DNA from: Chiloscyllium plagiosum
Taxonomy: Eukaryota
DNA length: 64,000 nt
Assembly: GCF_004010195.1 (NCBI RefSeq)
Contig: NC_057718.1
Span: 64,529,123 to 64,593,122, forward strand
Reading direction: 5' to 3'
Of the stretch, positions 35,791 through 49,725 are shown in pieces. Made by a program: the position numbers and the translations under genes. How positions within the stretch are numbered: position 1 is the first letter of the stretch; each line of letters starts with the position of its first letter. A model generated the notes under the pieces. That model was not told the DNA's origin. It was given only the letters and a program-made list of their open reading frames with translations, and ran no database searches.

Positions 35791-37412
35791 GACATCCAAT
35801 CCCTATCCACATCTATCCCCCATGGTGAAGGCCTCCAAGCCCTCTGCTTCTTCCTGTCCCGCCAACCCAACCAGTACCCATCCACCGACACACTCATTTG
35901 ATTGACATAACTGGTCCCCACCTTCAACAACTTCTCCTTCAAATCCTCCCATTTCCTTCAGACCAAAGGAATAGCCATGGGCACCCGCATTGGCCTCAGT
36001 TATGCCTGCCTCTTCGTAGGATATGTGGAACAGCCCATCTTCTGCAGTTACACCCCGAAACCAACCCCACCTTTTCCTCTGCGACATTGATGACTGTATC
36101 GGAGCCACCTCATGCTCCCATGAGAAGGTTGAACAGTTCATCAATTTCACTAACACCTTCCACCCTGACTTTAAGCTCACATGGACCATCTCGGACACCT
36201 CCCTACTCTTCCTGGACCTCTTCATCTCTATCTCTGGCAACCAACTCAACATGGACATCTATTTCAAACCCACCAACTCCCACAGCTAACGTAACTAGCA
36301 CCTCCTCCACCGCCACCTCATGAAAATGTGATACCTTACACCCAATTCCTTCGTCTCTGCTGTATCTGCTCCAAAGAGGAGCAATTCCACTCCAAGATAT
36401 CCCAGATGTTTTCCTATTTCAAGGGCCACAATTTTCTCTCCCAAGCAATTAACAATACCCTCTAGTGTATCTCCTCTACTCCCTGCACCTCCACCCTTGA
36501 CCCCCATCCCTTCAACTGCAACAAGGATAGAACCTGACTGGTCCTCACCTTCCACCCCACTAATCTCTGAATATACATTATCCTCCATCATTTCCCCACC
36601 ACCAGAGGTATATTTCCCTCTCCACCCCTAGCTGTGTTCCATAGAGACCATTCCGTCTGTGACTCCCTCGTTAGATCCATGCCCCTACCAACCCATCCTC
36701 CACATGGCACTTTCCCTAGTCACCACAAGAGGTGTAAAACCTATGCCAACACCTCCCTCCTCACCTCTGTCCAAGGCCCAAAAGGATCTTTTCACATCCG
36801 GCAGAGATTTTCCTGCACATTCACCCACCTCATGTACTGTGTTCATTGCTCTCAATTTGGTCTCCTCTACATTGGACGACAGGATGCCAACTTGCGGAGC
36901 ATTTCAGGGAACATCTCTGGGGGACACACACCAAACAACCCCCCCCATCTTGTAGCTGACCACTTCAACTCCCCCTCCCACTCCCCCAAGGACATGCAAC
37001 TCCTGGGCCTCCTCCACTGCCAAATCCAAGCCACGTGACAATTGGAAGAAGCATGCCTCATGTTCTGCCTTGGGACCCTTCAACCACACAGCATCAACAT
37101 CGACTTCACTAGTTTCCAAATCACTCCTCCCCCACCTCATCCCAGATCCAACCCTCCAACTCTGCACCACTCTCTTGACCTGTCCTACTTGTCCACTTTC
37201 CTTCCCACTCATCCGCTCCACGCTCCCCACTGACCTATCTAATTAGCCCCCACCTGCACCCACTTATCACTTTCCCAGTTACCTTCCCCCTTGGCCCTGC
37301 CTCAAACCCCCCTATTTATCTCTCAGTTCCCTTCCCCTTCCACATTCTACTCTCCTGCTCCTTGTATGCTATCTCACCTGCTTTGCTTTTCCAGTGCCAC
37401 ACTTTTCGACTC
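35791..37412 (+). mobile_element. 5'-truncated Penelope-like copy, inverted against the previous one
   Basis: Starts at DIQSL; LFLCDIDDCIG; CSQFGLLYIG; terminus lacks the HHR core. Confidence 0.9.
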
Positions 37413-37486
37413 AAATGATGCATTATATTACAGCAATAAGTATACTTCATTGTTTTGGAATGACCAGTGCTTGGAATGTGCCAAAT

Positions 37487-39560
37487 AGAGAGTCATAGAG
37501 CTTTATAGCATGTAAACAGATCCTTCGGGCCAACTTGTTCATGCCTACCAGATATCCTAAACTAATCAAGTCCCATTTGCCAGCATTTGGCCCTCTAAAC
37601 CCCTTTTATTTACATACCCATCCAGATGCCTTTTAAATGTTGCAATTGTACCAGTCTCCACCACTTCCTCAGGCAGCTCATTCCACACACGGAGCATTCT
37701 CTATGTGAAAAAGTCCCTCAGGTCTCTTTTAAATCTTCCCTCTCACCTCAAACCTCTGCCCTCTAGTTTTGAACCCACCTCAGGAAAAGATCTTTGCCAT
37801 TTACCTTATCTATACCACTCATGATTTTATAAACCTCTGCAAGGCCACCCTTCAGCCACCAACACGCCAGAGAAAACAGACTCTCTCAGTTGCTCAAACT
37901 CTCTGAACGTGGAATCATCCTTTTAAATCTTTTCTGAACTCTTTCACTTTTTACAACATCCTTCCTATAGCAAGGACACCAGAACTGAATGCAGCATTCC
38001 AAAAGTGGCCTAACCAATGTCTTGTACAGCCAGAACATGACCTTCCAACTCCAATACCCAATGCACATGCCAACGCAGGCAAGCATTTCAAATGTCTTCT
38101 TCACTATGCTGTCTACCTGGGACTCCACTTTCAAAGAACTGTGAATCTGCACTACAAATCCTCTTTGTTCAGCAACATTACCCAGGATCTTACCATTAAA
38201 TGCATAAGTCCTGCCTTTTCAAAATTCAGCACCTCACATTTATCTAAATTAAAATCTATCTGTTGAGGAAGGGTCACCAGACCCAAAATATTCACTCTGA
38301 GGTTTTGGCACAGATGCTGCCAGACTTGGTGAGCTTTTCCAGCAACCTCTGTTTTTGTTCCATCTGCCACTCCTTGGCCCACTGGCCCATTTGATCAAGA
38401 TCCCGTTGTACTCTGAGGTAACCTTCTTCACTGTCCACTACACCTCCAATTTTAGTGTCATCTGGAAACGTACTAACCATACTTCCTATGTTCACATCCA
38501 AATCATTTATATAAGTGACGAAAAACAGTGGACCCAGCACCAACCCTTGTGGCACACCGCTGATCACAGGCCTCCAGTCTGAAAAACAACCCTTCACCAC
38601 CACCCTCTCTCTTCTCCCTTTTAGCCAGTTCTGTATCCAAATGGCTAATCCTCTGTGTATTCCATGAGATCTAACCTTGCTAACCAGTGTACCATGAGGA
38701 ACCTTGTTGAATGCTCTATTGAAGTACATATAGATCATGTCCACCATTGTGCCTTCATCAGTCCTCTTTCTCACTTCTTTAAAAGTATTTTACATCAGTG
38801 TTAACTGTGGAGAAGGATATCAAGAATAGAGAACTTGGGGAAATAAAAATGGACAACAAATGTCCATTTTATAGATGATTTGATCTAGTTAGTGAGCCCA
38901 ATTTCCCATGCACAAAGCCATGTTGGTTACCCCTAATCAGTCCTTCCCTTTCCAAATACATCTAAACCCTGTCTCTCAAGATTCCCTCCAACAACTTGCC
39001 CACCACTGATGTCAGGCTCACTGGCCTATAGTTCTCTGGCTTTTCCTTAAATCTTCTTAAGTAGTGGCACCACGTTAACCAACCTTCAGTCTTCTGGCAC
39101 CTTACCTGTGGCTATTGATGATACAAATATCTCAACAAGGGGCCCGTAATCACTTCCCTGGCTTACCACAGAGTTCTAAGATACACCTGATCAAGCATTT
39201 ATCCACCTTTATGCATTTAAGATGTCCAGCACCACCTTCTCTGTCATATAGACATTTTTCAATGTGTGGCTATTTATTTCCCCAAGTTTTTCTATTTTTC
39301 ATATCCTTCTCCACCATAAACATTGATGCAAAATACTTGTTTAGTATCTCCCCATCTCCTGTGGTTCCACACATAGGTAGTGAATTTTCGGACTGTATCT
39401 CTGATAGTTCCCTACAGCAATATGTCCTGGACACAACAATGGGTGTTCTTCCAGCCTCTAAGGCGCCCTATTCTCTCCCTAGTTACTCTTTTGTCCTTAA
39501 TGTATTTATGGAAGCCCTTTTGATTCTCCTTAAGTTTATTTGCCAAAGTTATTTTATGCA
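37487..39560 (-). mobile_element. CR1 (HER1-like) ORF2 3' half
   Basis: Minus ORF with AFNKVPH, SGVPQG and FPDDTKIG; tail at about 37487. Confidence 0.9.
38262..38360 (+). mobile_element. PLE terminus, family C, inserted in CR1
   Basis: TGAGGA-A-GGGTC-ACCA-GACCC-AAAA, flanked by TCTATCTG and TCCATCTG. Confidence 0.75.
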
Positions 39561-39599
39561 GGTTTTAAAAAAAATTCCTAATTTGTGAAAGGAGAACAT

Positions 39600-41150
39600 T
39601 TCTGTATCATGTACTGAATATCTGCCGAGTTTTCTGAAAATTTAGAGACATAATTTAGAGTTAGAAGTATTGCTGGTAATATGGAGCTGATTAGTTTTCA
39701 CAAGAGGTTGTGACAGCAAAAAAAGTCTTCATGTGAAGTATATGAGGAACAGAATATGGATGAAAAATAGATGGGTAGATCTTGGGGATCACCAGGAATA
39801 TTGTGACAGGAAGAAAAGCCATTTCAATTGGATGGATAAGAATGGAATCAGAATAGTACTGCTAGACAACAATGGAGAAGCAATGGAGGAGAAAGGTGTG
39901 GTCAAGAATACCCAAGTTTGAAGATAGGCTTTGAAGGCGAAAGAGTGAAAGTTTACCTTTTTCACAACCACATAGAATGTAATTTGTGAATTGGATAAGA
40001 GTTGTTCTGGCATTTATAGCAGGGACAGAAACAAGAAATGGCGGATTCAAAGGTGGATTTCTGGAAAATATGGGAACAAACTTCAGTGTTGACAACACAT
40101 TCCAGGAAAGGAAGAGAAATAGGACATTAGCTTACAACAATAGTGGGCTCAAGAGTTGGTTTTAAGCAAAGGAGTACTGACATCTGATTTGGTGGAGAGA
40201 GAAGTGTTAACAATATTGGCTAAAGCAAGAGCTAAGAGGTTAGGTTTGGTGATCAGCACCTTAGTATGAACAGGATTAAGGGAGCAGGTGGTGTGTCTAA
40301 TTGACAAGATAACCTCCAAGCAGGTTAGGGAGATAAGAAAGTAAGATGTGAGTTCTTAGCTAGGGCCGAGGGGAGTATTCAGTGAAGTTCAACTAGATGG
40401 ATTAATGGCAATGGAAAGACTTGAATGCGGCAGTAAACAAGTCCATGAGGTCCTCACAATGATTATTGGGAGTGAGGATGGATAGGATGCAAGAAAGATT
40501 TAAAGAAGATGATTTGCTGTAGAGAAAATAAAATGTGAGATCATCGCCACATACCTAAGTGATCCTGTAACAGTAAACAGTTTTATCAAATGAGAACAGA
40601 ATCCAATAATGCTCACTAGGCAGTCAGTTCTGGAGGTGGATGGCTGAGCGAGTTATTTGTCACATCTTTTCAAATCTATCTCCTTGAACTTAAAGGACTT
40701 AAGAGCAGGAATAGACCATTTGGTTTAAGGGTGTGAAGAGGAAGGTTTTACTGGGAGAATAGCCTCTAGAGAAAATAATGGTGTGCTGGGCAGTGGAGAG
40801 TAAAAGGCACTTACTATGACAAACTATTACAAACTCCTTACTGTTACAAGAGGAGATGCTTGAGCAAGTAACTAGCTGCAATATGGTGACAAGTGCTAGA
40901 TCAAATTTCTTCTCAATGCAAAGTTGAAGCTTGAAAATTACCGAAAGGAAATTTGAATATGTAAAGGTGGGAGGCAGTCAGGATTGTGAGAATAAAGGTA
41001 TAGAGCGCTAAGAGATCAAAAGAGGTGTTGAATTGTAAGGAGCATGGAGTTGTAAGAGGAGGATGAGGTGAGATGGGGAAGAATTTTGAAAGAGGTGGTG
41101 GGTGGGAAGAATGCTGTGACAGTGGGAGGCAGTGTTGGAGAACAGTCAGC
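39600..41150 (-). mobile_element. Very old L2-like LINE APE region
   Basis: Weak minus-strand motifs (LLALY, GNF, FDLAL) and purine-rich plus strand. Confidence 0.35.
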
Positions 41151-41524
41151 AATACTTACTTCACCTATAGATTTGTGAGTTCTGATGGAAGCAGCAATGA
41201 GGTCTCATAGATGATTTCATTAGGCTACATCCACTGAAACAAGGCAAGAAAAACATTGCATACAGGCATATCAAGAAACCTTGGTTCCTTTACCAGGACA
41301 GTGTTATCTGAATTTCCACTTCACAGTTGTCATTGCTGTCAAGGAGGACAGGGTGCTTGTGACCCTAATTGTATTTCCCACATTTTGGGAACCCCTGCTC
41401 TATAAATTTGAGACTTTGGAAGTGCCATTGTAATTAAGTTGAAGGATAGGTTTTTTTCCCCCAGAATAGATGTAGAAGGAGGAAGTTTGGAGGGTGGAGG
41501 TTGGAATCAGAGGTGACTTGCTAA

Positions 41525-41710
41525 ATAAAAAACAAAAAACTGCGGATGCTGTAAATCATAAACAAAAATAGAAATTGCTGGAAAAACTCAGCATGTCTGG
41601 CAGCATCAATGGAAATCAGAGTCAATGTTTTGGGTCGTGTGACCCTTCCTCAGAACTGAGGATAGCTAGGAAAATGTTGATTTATATGCAGAAGAAGGAC
41701 GGGGGAAGGA
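41525..41710 (-). mobile_element. PLE terminus, family C
   Basis: The reverse complement reads CTGAGGA-A-GGGTC-ACAC-GACCC-AAAA-CATT. Confidence 0.75.
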
Positions 41711-41714
41711 ATTC

Positions 41715-43000
41715 TATATGTTTACAATCCTCTGGGTGAAATAATGCTTTCTCATCTTGGACCTAAGTCACATCCCCCTTATTTAAAATCGTATCCCCGG
41801 TTTTAGATTTCCTAAACTGGGAAAACATCTTACCCAAATCTACCCTGTCTATTCCATTTCAGAATATTGTAGGTTTCATTCTTTGAAACTGGAGAGAATA
41901 AAGTCCAGTTTTCCCAATCTCTTTTCATCAGACTGTCCCACCAATCTGGGAACAAGTCTGGTGAACCCTCATTGCCATTTCTCTATGGCAATAATATCTT
42001 TCATAAGGAAACCAAAACGGCACACAACACTCCAAGTACAGTCTAACCAAGTTCTTATGCAACTGAGGCAAGACTTCACTATGCCTGTACTCACATCCTC
42101 TTGCAGGAAAGGCAAACGTTCCATCAGCCTTTCTGATCACTTGCTGCACCTCCATATTAACCTTCAGTGACTTATCAACAAGGACACCTAGGTCCCTTTG
42201 TATACCAACATTTCCCAACTTCTTACCATTTAAGAAGTAATGTGAAGATCGGTTTCTCCTACCAAAGTGGATAACTTCACAACATGTTCCACATTCTATT
42301 CCATCTGCCATGTCCTTGTTTATTTACTAACCTTGTCCAAATCCTCCTGAAGCTGAATTACATCTTCCTAACAACAAAAATTCCCACTTAGCTTTGCATC
42401 ATCTGTAAATTAAGAAAAATTGCATTTCGTCCCCAACTCCAAATCACTGACAGGTGTTGCAAACAGCTGGGTCCTGATCCTTGTAGTACCCAACCAGTCA
42501 TACACTACCAACATGAGAAAGATCCATTTATTTCTATTCTCTATTTTCTGTCAATTAGCCAATCATTAATCCAGAACCTTACTTCCTATCTCATATGATT
42601 TAATCTTTTTAGAAAGCCTTATGTGGGGACTTCATCAGAAGCCTTTAGTTTCTAACATTTTTCCTGTGATAGATGGTAAGCTAATTGGCCTGTAATTTCC
42701 TACATTCTGTCTCCCTTTTTTTTGAATAAAGGAGTTACATTCATTATTTTCCAATCTAAATGAATTTTCTCTGAGCTTAATAAATTTTGGAAAATTAAAT
42801 TCAGTGCTTAACTATGTCACTGGCTACTTCTTTTAAGGCCTTAAGATGAAATCTGTCAGGACCTTCGGACTTGTCAACTCACAGTCTGACAGTTTACTCA
42901 GTGTTACTTCCGTGGTAATTGTAATTTTCTTGAGTTCTTCCTTTCAATTCCTGATTTGTAGCTATTTCTGAGATGCTACTTGTATTCTCTGCAGTGATGA
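41715..43000 (-). mobile_element. Old CR1 RT region
   Basis: CEVIHFGR..QRDLGVLV..LVRLYLECCV. Confidence 0.8.
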
Positions 43001-43579
43001 CCAGCTGATTCGGTGCAAGGATCTGTTATCATGTGATTTGACCATTTGTTACTAGGATGTAGTGATAATACCAAGTGCGCAGACAAGATACATGACATTG
43101 ATAGCACTATATCTCGAACCGACACCAAACTGTCACCACGATTAAATTGGATGTGTTGTTCAAATGCCTGTTTAGAGAATTCCCAAAGCTTTCTTCTGAG
43201 ATGAAATGCAGCATAGATGTCACAACAGAAGTAGGCAAATAAAATAATATAAAGACATTCTGAAGGCTACCAAATTGAAACCTTGGGAAGGCATAGTTAC
43301 TGACAAGGCAAAATAGTGCCATGTCTGTCAGCTCAATTTGAATTGATTCGAACTGCCTTTTCCTCTATTAGCACAACTATAACAACTGACAGTCATCCAT
43401 CAGTTTGATGGGAGACACCATTATTAGCACTATCATCGTTATTAGATCTGTGATTGGTGGGATAACTGGCTAAATGCAGCAGATATTGAAGGCTCTTGCC
43501 CTGAGAGACAAGCATCACAGATAACATAACCTAAATGCTACTTTGTAAGCTGCTCTCTACTTCTTCCCTTATTCTTTCC

Positions 43580-43905
43580 AGATTGGTACAGTTAGTAGCA
43601 CCCTCATAATTGTGGTTCAAGTCCATGTCTAGGAATTAAGTGCCAATTTTAAAAAATTTGATTTGATTTATTACTGTCACATGTACCTACTTCAGGTTCC
43701 AGTACAATACTGAAGGAAAGTTGCATTGTTGGTGTAACTTTTAGATCAAGGTTAAGTCAAGTCTATGCGCTTACCCTCTCACATCATTGTAAAAAGTACC
43801 TTGGCACTGTTTAAAAAATGAGCAACATAGTTATCCCCAGTCTATCGGCAAGTAGTTATTCCTCAATAGAAACATATAAATATCACAAAAACAAATTACC
43901 TGCTC
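43580..43905 (+). mobile_element. Degenerate DeuSINE
   Basis: B-box-like GGTTCAAGTCC and a Deu-like body (GTAAAAAGTACCTTGGCACTGTT..TTATTCCTCAA..AAACAAATTACCTG). Confidence 0.5.
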
Positions 43906-46900
43906 AGTAAGCTTTGCAAGGTCAGGAAGGACAGATCACATTTGGAGTGAAACCCAACCCATTTTTTAAGATCCTTTTAAATCAGTTAAACTAAAGCACA
44001 GCAGAAAACAGAGTGACATCACAGGAAAATCATTTGTTCACTGGTTGGTAATAGCTACCATTTTGACGATCTACTATAGGTAATTTTCAGATTGAAGACC
44101 AAGTGGGGAAATATTTGCAGATTATAAACTAAAAGACCAGTAGGATGTATTTAAAACATCATGTTAAAAACTACGTAAATAAAATAGAGATTGCCACGCC
44201 ATGCATGACGTGGGAACTGATGGACTCCATTGTGGTTCATAGTGAGCTCATCTGTACGATGTGTTTCTTGCTTTAGATACTTCAGCTTAGAGTTCATGAG
44301 CTGGAGTCTGAGCTTCAAATACTGTGGCACATCAGGACTCTGTTTTAGGAGGCAGTCACACCTCTTTGATTAACTATCTCAAATTTGGTCAATGGTCAGA
44401 GACAGGAGGGCGTGACTATGACCAAGGCAGGTAGAGATATCTAGGCGGTAGTGCTGTAGGAGCTTCAGACCTTGAGCTTGTGCAAAAGATTTGCAATTTT
44501 TGCTTCCTTAGTGGCTGAGAGTGGGAACTATAGAAGAATGGGTACATGTGTAGGAAAGGTTTAGGGGGATATGGGCCCAATGCTAGCTGTTGGGACTAGA
44601 TTAATTAGGATATCTGGTCAGCATAGACAAATTGGACCGAAGAGTCTGTTTCTATGTGGCACATCTCTATGATTCTATCAGAAAACTGACCATAGCCCCC
44701 ATGGTGGATGGAGCCATGCAAGATTGGGGAGAAAAGAGAAATGCAATTGTAATCAAGAATAATGTAGTCAGAGAATAGACAATGTTCTCTGTGGCCAGCT
44801 TTGAGAGTCCTGAAAGTAATGTTGTCTGCCTGGTGCAGGTTCAGGACATTTCATCTGAAATACAGTGGAACCAGGAGTGAGGGGGGAAAGATCCCAGTTA
44901 TTGTGATACCAACAATGTAGGCTGAAAGAGGAAAGAGGTTCTGCCAAGGGAATATGGGGCTGAATTAGAAAGCAGAGTCAAAAGTTAATGATCTCTGGAT
45001 TATTACCTGAGTTATGACCAATTGTCGTAGATCAACAAGACTAAAGAGATAAATACATGGCTCAAAGAAATTATAAACAAAAAATATAATATCAAAAGTA
45101 AAGGAAACAATAGGATTATAGGTTAGTGATGGGTTTGAATGTTACCAGAAAATAAAAGTACAGAATGTATGGATGACTTATTGTATCAAGGAGCTATAAA
45201 CATGTCGGGAAACTCAATAAGAGAACAGATTTAAAGACTTTTATTCTTACTGCACAATGCATTTTGAATAATGTAGACAAACTGATGGCACAATTCAGGG
45301 TAAATGAATATGATCTCATTGCCAATACAGAAACATGGCTACAAGGAGACCAAAACTGAAAACTTGATATTCAGGAATATTTATCCTTTTGGAGAGACAG
45401 AGGTGATGGAAAAGGTGGTGGGGTAACACTATTAATAAGAAATTAAATGAAGACACTTGTGCCAGATGATGTAGTGTCCATTTGGGCAGAGGTAAAAAAA
45501 AATGAAAAAAATTAGTGGTAGGAGAAAATGTAGAGCCCCACCCAGTAGCCACTCTGTGGGAAAGGCTATAAATCAAAAAATAATAGGAGCATGTAAAAAG
45601 AATAGACCAATAACTAAGGGTGACTTTAATCTTCTTGCTGATTAGGTTAATTCATTTAGAAGGATAACTATGACAATGAATTTATAGACTGCATTAGGGA
45701 TAGTTTTCAAGAACAATACGTCATGGAGCCAACCAGAGAATAGTCTATTCTGGATCTGGTAATGGATAATGAGGCAGATAATAAATGACTTTTGAGTAAA
45801 GATCACTCAGGAGGTAGTGATCATAGCATGATAGAATTTAATATTCAATTCGAGAGTGAGCAACTTGGGTCAGAAACAATTGTGTTTAACTTAAATAAAG
45901 GGAATTACAATGAAATGAGGATAGAGTTAGGTAAAGTAAAATATGGCAGATAGATTAGCAGAAATGACAGTAAGCAAGTAATGGCAAACATTTAAACAGG
46001 TGGTTCAGGACTCTCAGCAAAAATATATCCCAATAAGGAGGAAGATTCTAAGATACTGATAAACCAACCAAGACTAACGAAGGAATATAAGGAGAGTATT
46101 AAGTTGAAAGAAAAAGTACACAGGAACACCAAAGTCAGATGGTAGCTCTGAAGCCTGGGATACATTCAGAAACCAGCAAAGGAAGACTAAAAAGATAATA
46201 AAAATAGAGAAAATAACAGCAAGGGCAAACCAGCGAGGAAAAAAAACTGACAATAAGAGTCTCTCTAAATATATGAAAAGGAAGACTGAGTCAAAGTGAC
46301 CATAGGCCCCTTGACAATGAATCTGGGGAAATAGCTTTGGGGAAAAGGAAATGGCAGTGGAGTTAAATGGATATTTTGCATCAGTTTTTATGGTGGAAGA
46401 TACTGCAAACATTCCATTAGTGGAGAGAAAATGGAGAAGGAAAAAATATGAAAGAATACCATCACCATCACTAGGCAGATAAGACCCATGGCCCTGATGG
46501 CTTGCCTCCTATGATCATAAAAGAGGTACCTAAGAGTTAGTGGATGCATTGATTTAAATTTGCAAATATTGTTGGATTGTGGATAAGAACTAGAGGATTG
46601 GAAAATTGTGAAAGGGACAGATGTATTCAAAAAGGTAAAGAGGAAAAGAGTGGGTAACTATCACCTGGTTAGCCAAAAGTCCACTGTTGGAAAAATATTG
46701 CAATCAGTTAAGGAGGTAATAGCAGAATATTTAGATAAACATAATCTAATTAAGCAGAAACATTGTGGCTTCATGAAAGGGAAATAGTATCTGACTAATT
46801 TATTAGATTTTGCAAGGAAGTCTCAACTGGAGTGGATACAGGGGAACCAGTAGATGTGTTGCATTTGGATTTCTAAAGGCATTCAACAAGGTACCTCACA

Positions 46901-47825
46901 AAAGATTAAGTCACAAGAGCCCACAGTGTTGGAGGTAGTACATTGGTATGAAAGAAAATCAGCTCAGCTGCAGGAAACAGCACGTGGGAATAAGGGTTTT
47001 TTTTAGTTGCATTCCACATTGACTGCAATAATTTACAATATATATTAATAACATGAAGGAAGGAAGTGAATATACTATAGCCAAATTTGTATTCAACACT
47101 AAAAAAGGTAGAAGGCAGGTCGTGAAAGGGTACAAACAGTTTATAGAGGTATTTTGACAGGTTTACTAAGTGTGCAAAATGTTGGCAAATGGAGTATGTG
47201 AGAAAATGTGAAATTGTTCATTTTGGAAAAGAGGACAAAACAATGGAGTATAATTTAAATGGAGCAAAACTGCAGAAAGCTGCAACACAAAGGGAGTTGA
47301 GGGGTGTTTGTAAACAAAACACAGAAAGCTAGCACACAGGTGCAGCAGGTAATCAGGAAGGGTATTGAAATGTTGGCCCTTATTTCAAAAGGAGGTACAG
47401 TATAGGAGTAGACAAATCTAACTGCAACTGCACAAGGTGCTGGTGAGACCATATCTGGAATACTGTGAGTAGCTTTGGTCTCTTTATTTAACGAAAAATA
47501 TCATTTTATTGAGGATAGTCTCCAGAAGGTTCACTAGGATGATTCCTGGTAGGGAGGGATATCTTATGAACAAATGTTAAACAGACTGGGACTCTACTCA
47601 CTGAGTTTTAGAATAATGAATGGTGATCTCATGGAAAACATAGAGGATTATTAAGGAGCTTGATAGGATAAATGTTGAGAGGATGTTTCCTCTCATGGGA
47701 GAGTCTAGGATCAGAGGGTATAGTCTCAGAATAAAAGAGTACCAATACAATAGATGAGGAGGAATTCGTTTTCTCAGAAGTTTGAGTGTCTTTGGAACTC
47801 CTTGTCAAAGAGAGCTGTGGGGCAG
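43905..47825 (+). mobile_element. Near full-length decayed CR1
   Basis: The ORF1 remnant parallels 53736-54690. APE, RT and C-terminal motifs follow in order. A nested CR1 tail lies at 44535-44680. Confidence 0.8.
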
Positions 47826-48057
47826 ATGATATTTCCTATTATTTTTCTCAGGTAGTGCCCTCTGAGAAAAATAACAGGAAATGACATCACCCCCAACCCA
47901 AGGAAATTTAAACACATAAACAGAAAGCGGAAAATAACACCAGCACATGGTATTACCTAGTATGGTGACGAAAGATCTGAAAACTAATCTTCCAGCTCAG
48001 CAAGCAAACGTATATCCAGAACATCAACCTGAGCTACATGTCTTCTAAAACCTCACT
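47825..48057 (+). mobile_element. PLE terminus, family D, with fold-back 5' junction
   Basis: Inverted repeat 47831-47851/47862-47882 (1 mismatch). Half HHR TTACC-TAGTAT-GGTGAC-GAAA lacks CTGANGA. Confidence 0.55.
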
Positions 48058-49009
48058 TACAACATTACCATTAATCAATTCACTTTCCAACATGCTTCAC
48101 TTCATTTCAAAGGTACCTTGCTGGATGCAAAACACTTTAATACACCTGAGATTGCAACTTACAGAGCAGTAAAGCATTTAGTTTTACTGTTTCTTGATTG
48201 AGAATTTGGAATAGCGAAGCTTTCTTATGGTCTATTACAACGTGCAGCAATGGAAAAGCTTTTGGGTAGTTACTGTAAATTCCACTATCCTGTCAACTTC
48301 AAAATATCTTAGAAACTGACCTCAGAGCATCCTTAATAGTTAATTCTGACCCTCTGTTTCTGAAGCAAAAGAAACCATTAAAATCAGATTCTCTCCATTT
48401 TAAGTTCCCCTGAACCCAAATGATAGGAATTGTAAGGATGCATGTTGAACAACTACAGAAATTTTCCTAAGGGATACAAATAGGAATTTGTAGAAGTGTC
48501 GATCCCTTGTTCTTATAGAAGGCTAAATGTTCACAAACAGTCATACTTTGAAGAGTGTACCTACGATGGTATTGGAAATGCATTTGTTTTCTGCATTTCA
48601 CTGATCAACTACCATTCTCTTTTAAATCAGAACTTCTAGTTCAACTCCATCAACAGGTTGGGGTTAGCAGCCCTTCCACTTTTGATGGAAGTCTTGGAGA
48701 TGAATTAGGGTTTTGGAAATTGGATAATGGAAGTTTAGTGTGAGAAAGAAACTGGGCAATTGGCACTTAGTGAGAAAGGGAGACTAGAGAATCAAGGATT
48801 AAAGAGCAAGCAAAATCATCAAAACATATAACATAGAAACAAGACATTAAGACATTTGTATCTATTCTGCCTCTTTGATAGATAATTATGACCCTTGTTG
48901 GAGAGCCCAGATTCTTGTAAAATCATTAACTTTATGCGGAACTTATCTACACAATTGCAAAAAATATTGACATTACTTGACTGATATCTCTAGAAGTTAG
49001 AGTAGAAGT

Positions 49010-49725
49010 TAGGGGCTTGAGTATAAGACAGGCTGGATAGATTGGGACCTTTTTTTCATTGGAGTTTAGGAAGTTGAGGTAACCTTATAGAGGTTTACAA
49101 AATCATGAAGGGTATAGATAAGGTGAGTAGCAAAGGTCTTTTCCCTAGGGTTAGGTGTTCAAAACTTGGGCATGAACTTTGAAAGCGAGAGGAGAAAGAT
49201 TTAAAAGGGACCTGAGGGACTCTTTTCCACACAGAGAGTGGTTCCTACGTGGAACAAACTCACCAGAGGAAGTGGTAGATGCAGGTACAGTTACAATAGT
49301 TAAAATACATTTGGATAGAAAAAGTTTGGAGGAATATGGGCCAAATGCAAGCAGGCAGGACTACTTTAGTTTGGGAAACTTAATCATCATAGAATCCTTA
49401 CAGTATGGAAACAGGGCATTCAGTCCATACTGCCTCTCCAAACAGCATTCCACCCAGACCTTCCTTATCCCTGTAACGCTGTATTTCCCAATGCTAATCC
49501 ACCTAAACTACACATCCCTGGTCACCATCGTCATTCCACCTACCTGCACATCTTTGGACTGAGGGAAGAAACCAGAGCACACAGAAGAAACACACACAGA
49601 CAGCCGTCCAAAACTGGAGCTGAACCCAGGTCCCTGGTGTGTGAGGCAGCAATGCTACCCAATGAGCCACCATGCACAAGTTGGTCTGAAGTGTCTGCTT
49701 CTGTACTGTATGACTCTGTGTCTGT
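49010..49725 (+). mobile_element. CR1 3' end split by a SINE
   Basis: NLIEVYKIMKG and RGERFKRDLR; the tail resumes at about 49676. Confidence 0.8.
49385..49675 (-). mobile_element. HE1-like V-SINE
   Basis: A box TGGCTCATTGG, B box GGTTCAGCTCC, and V body. Confidence 0.8.
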
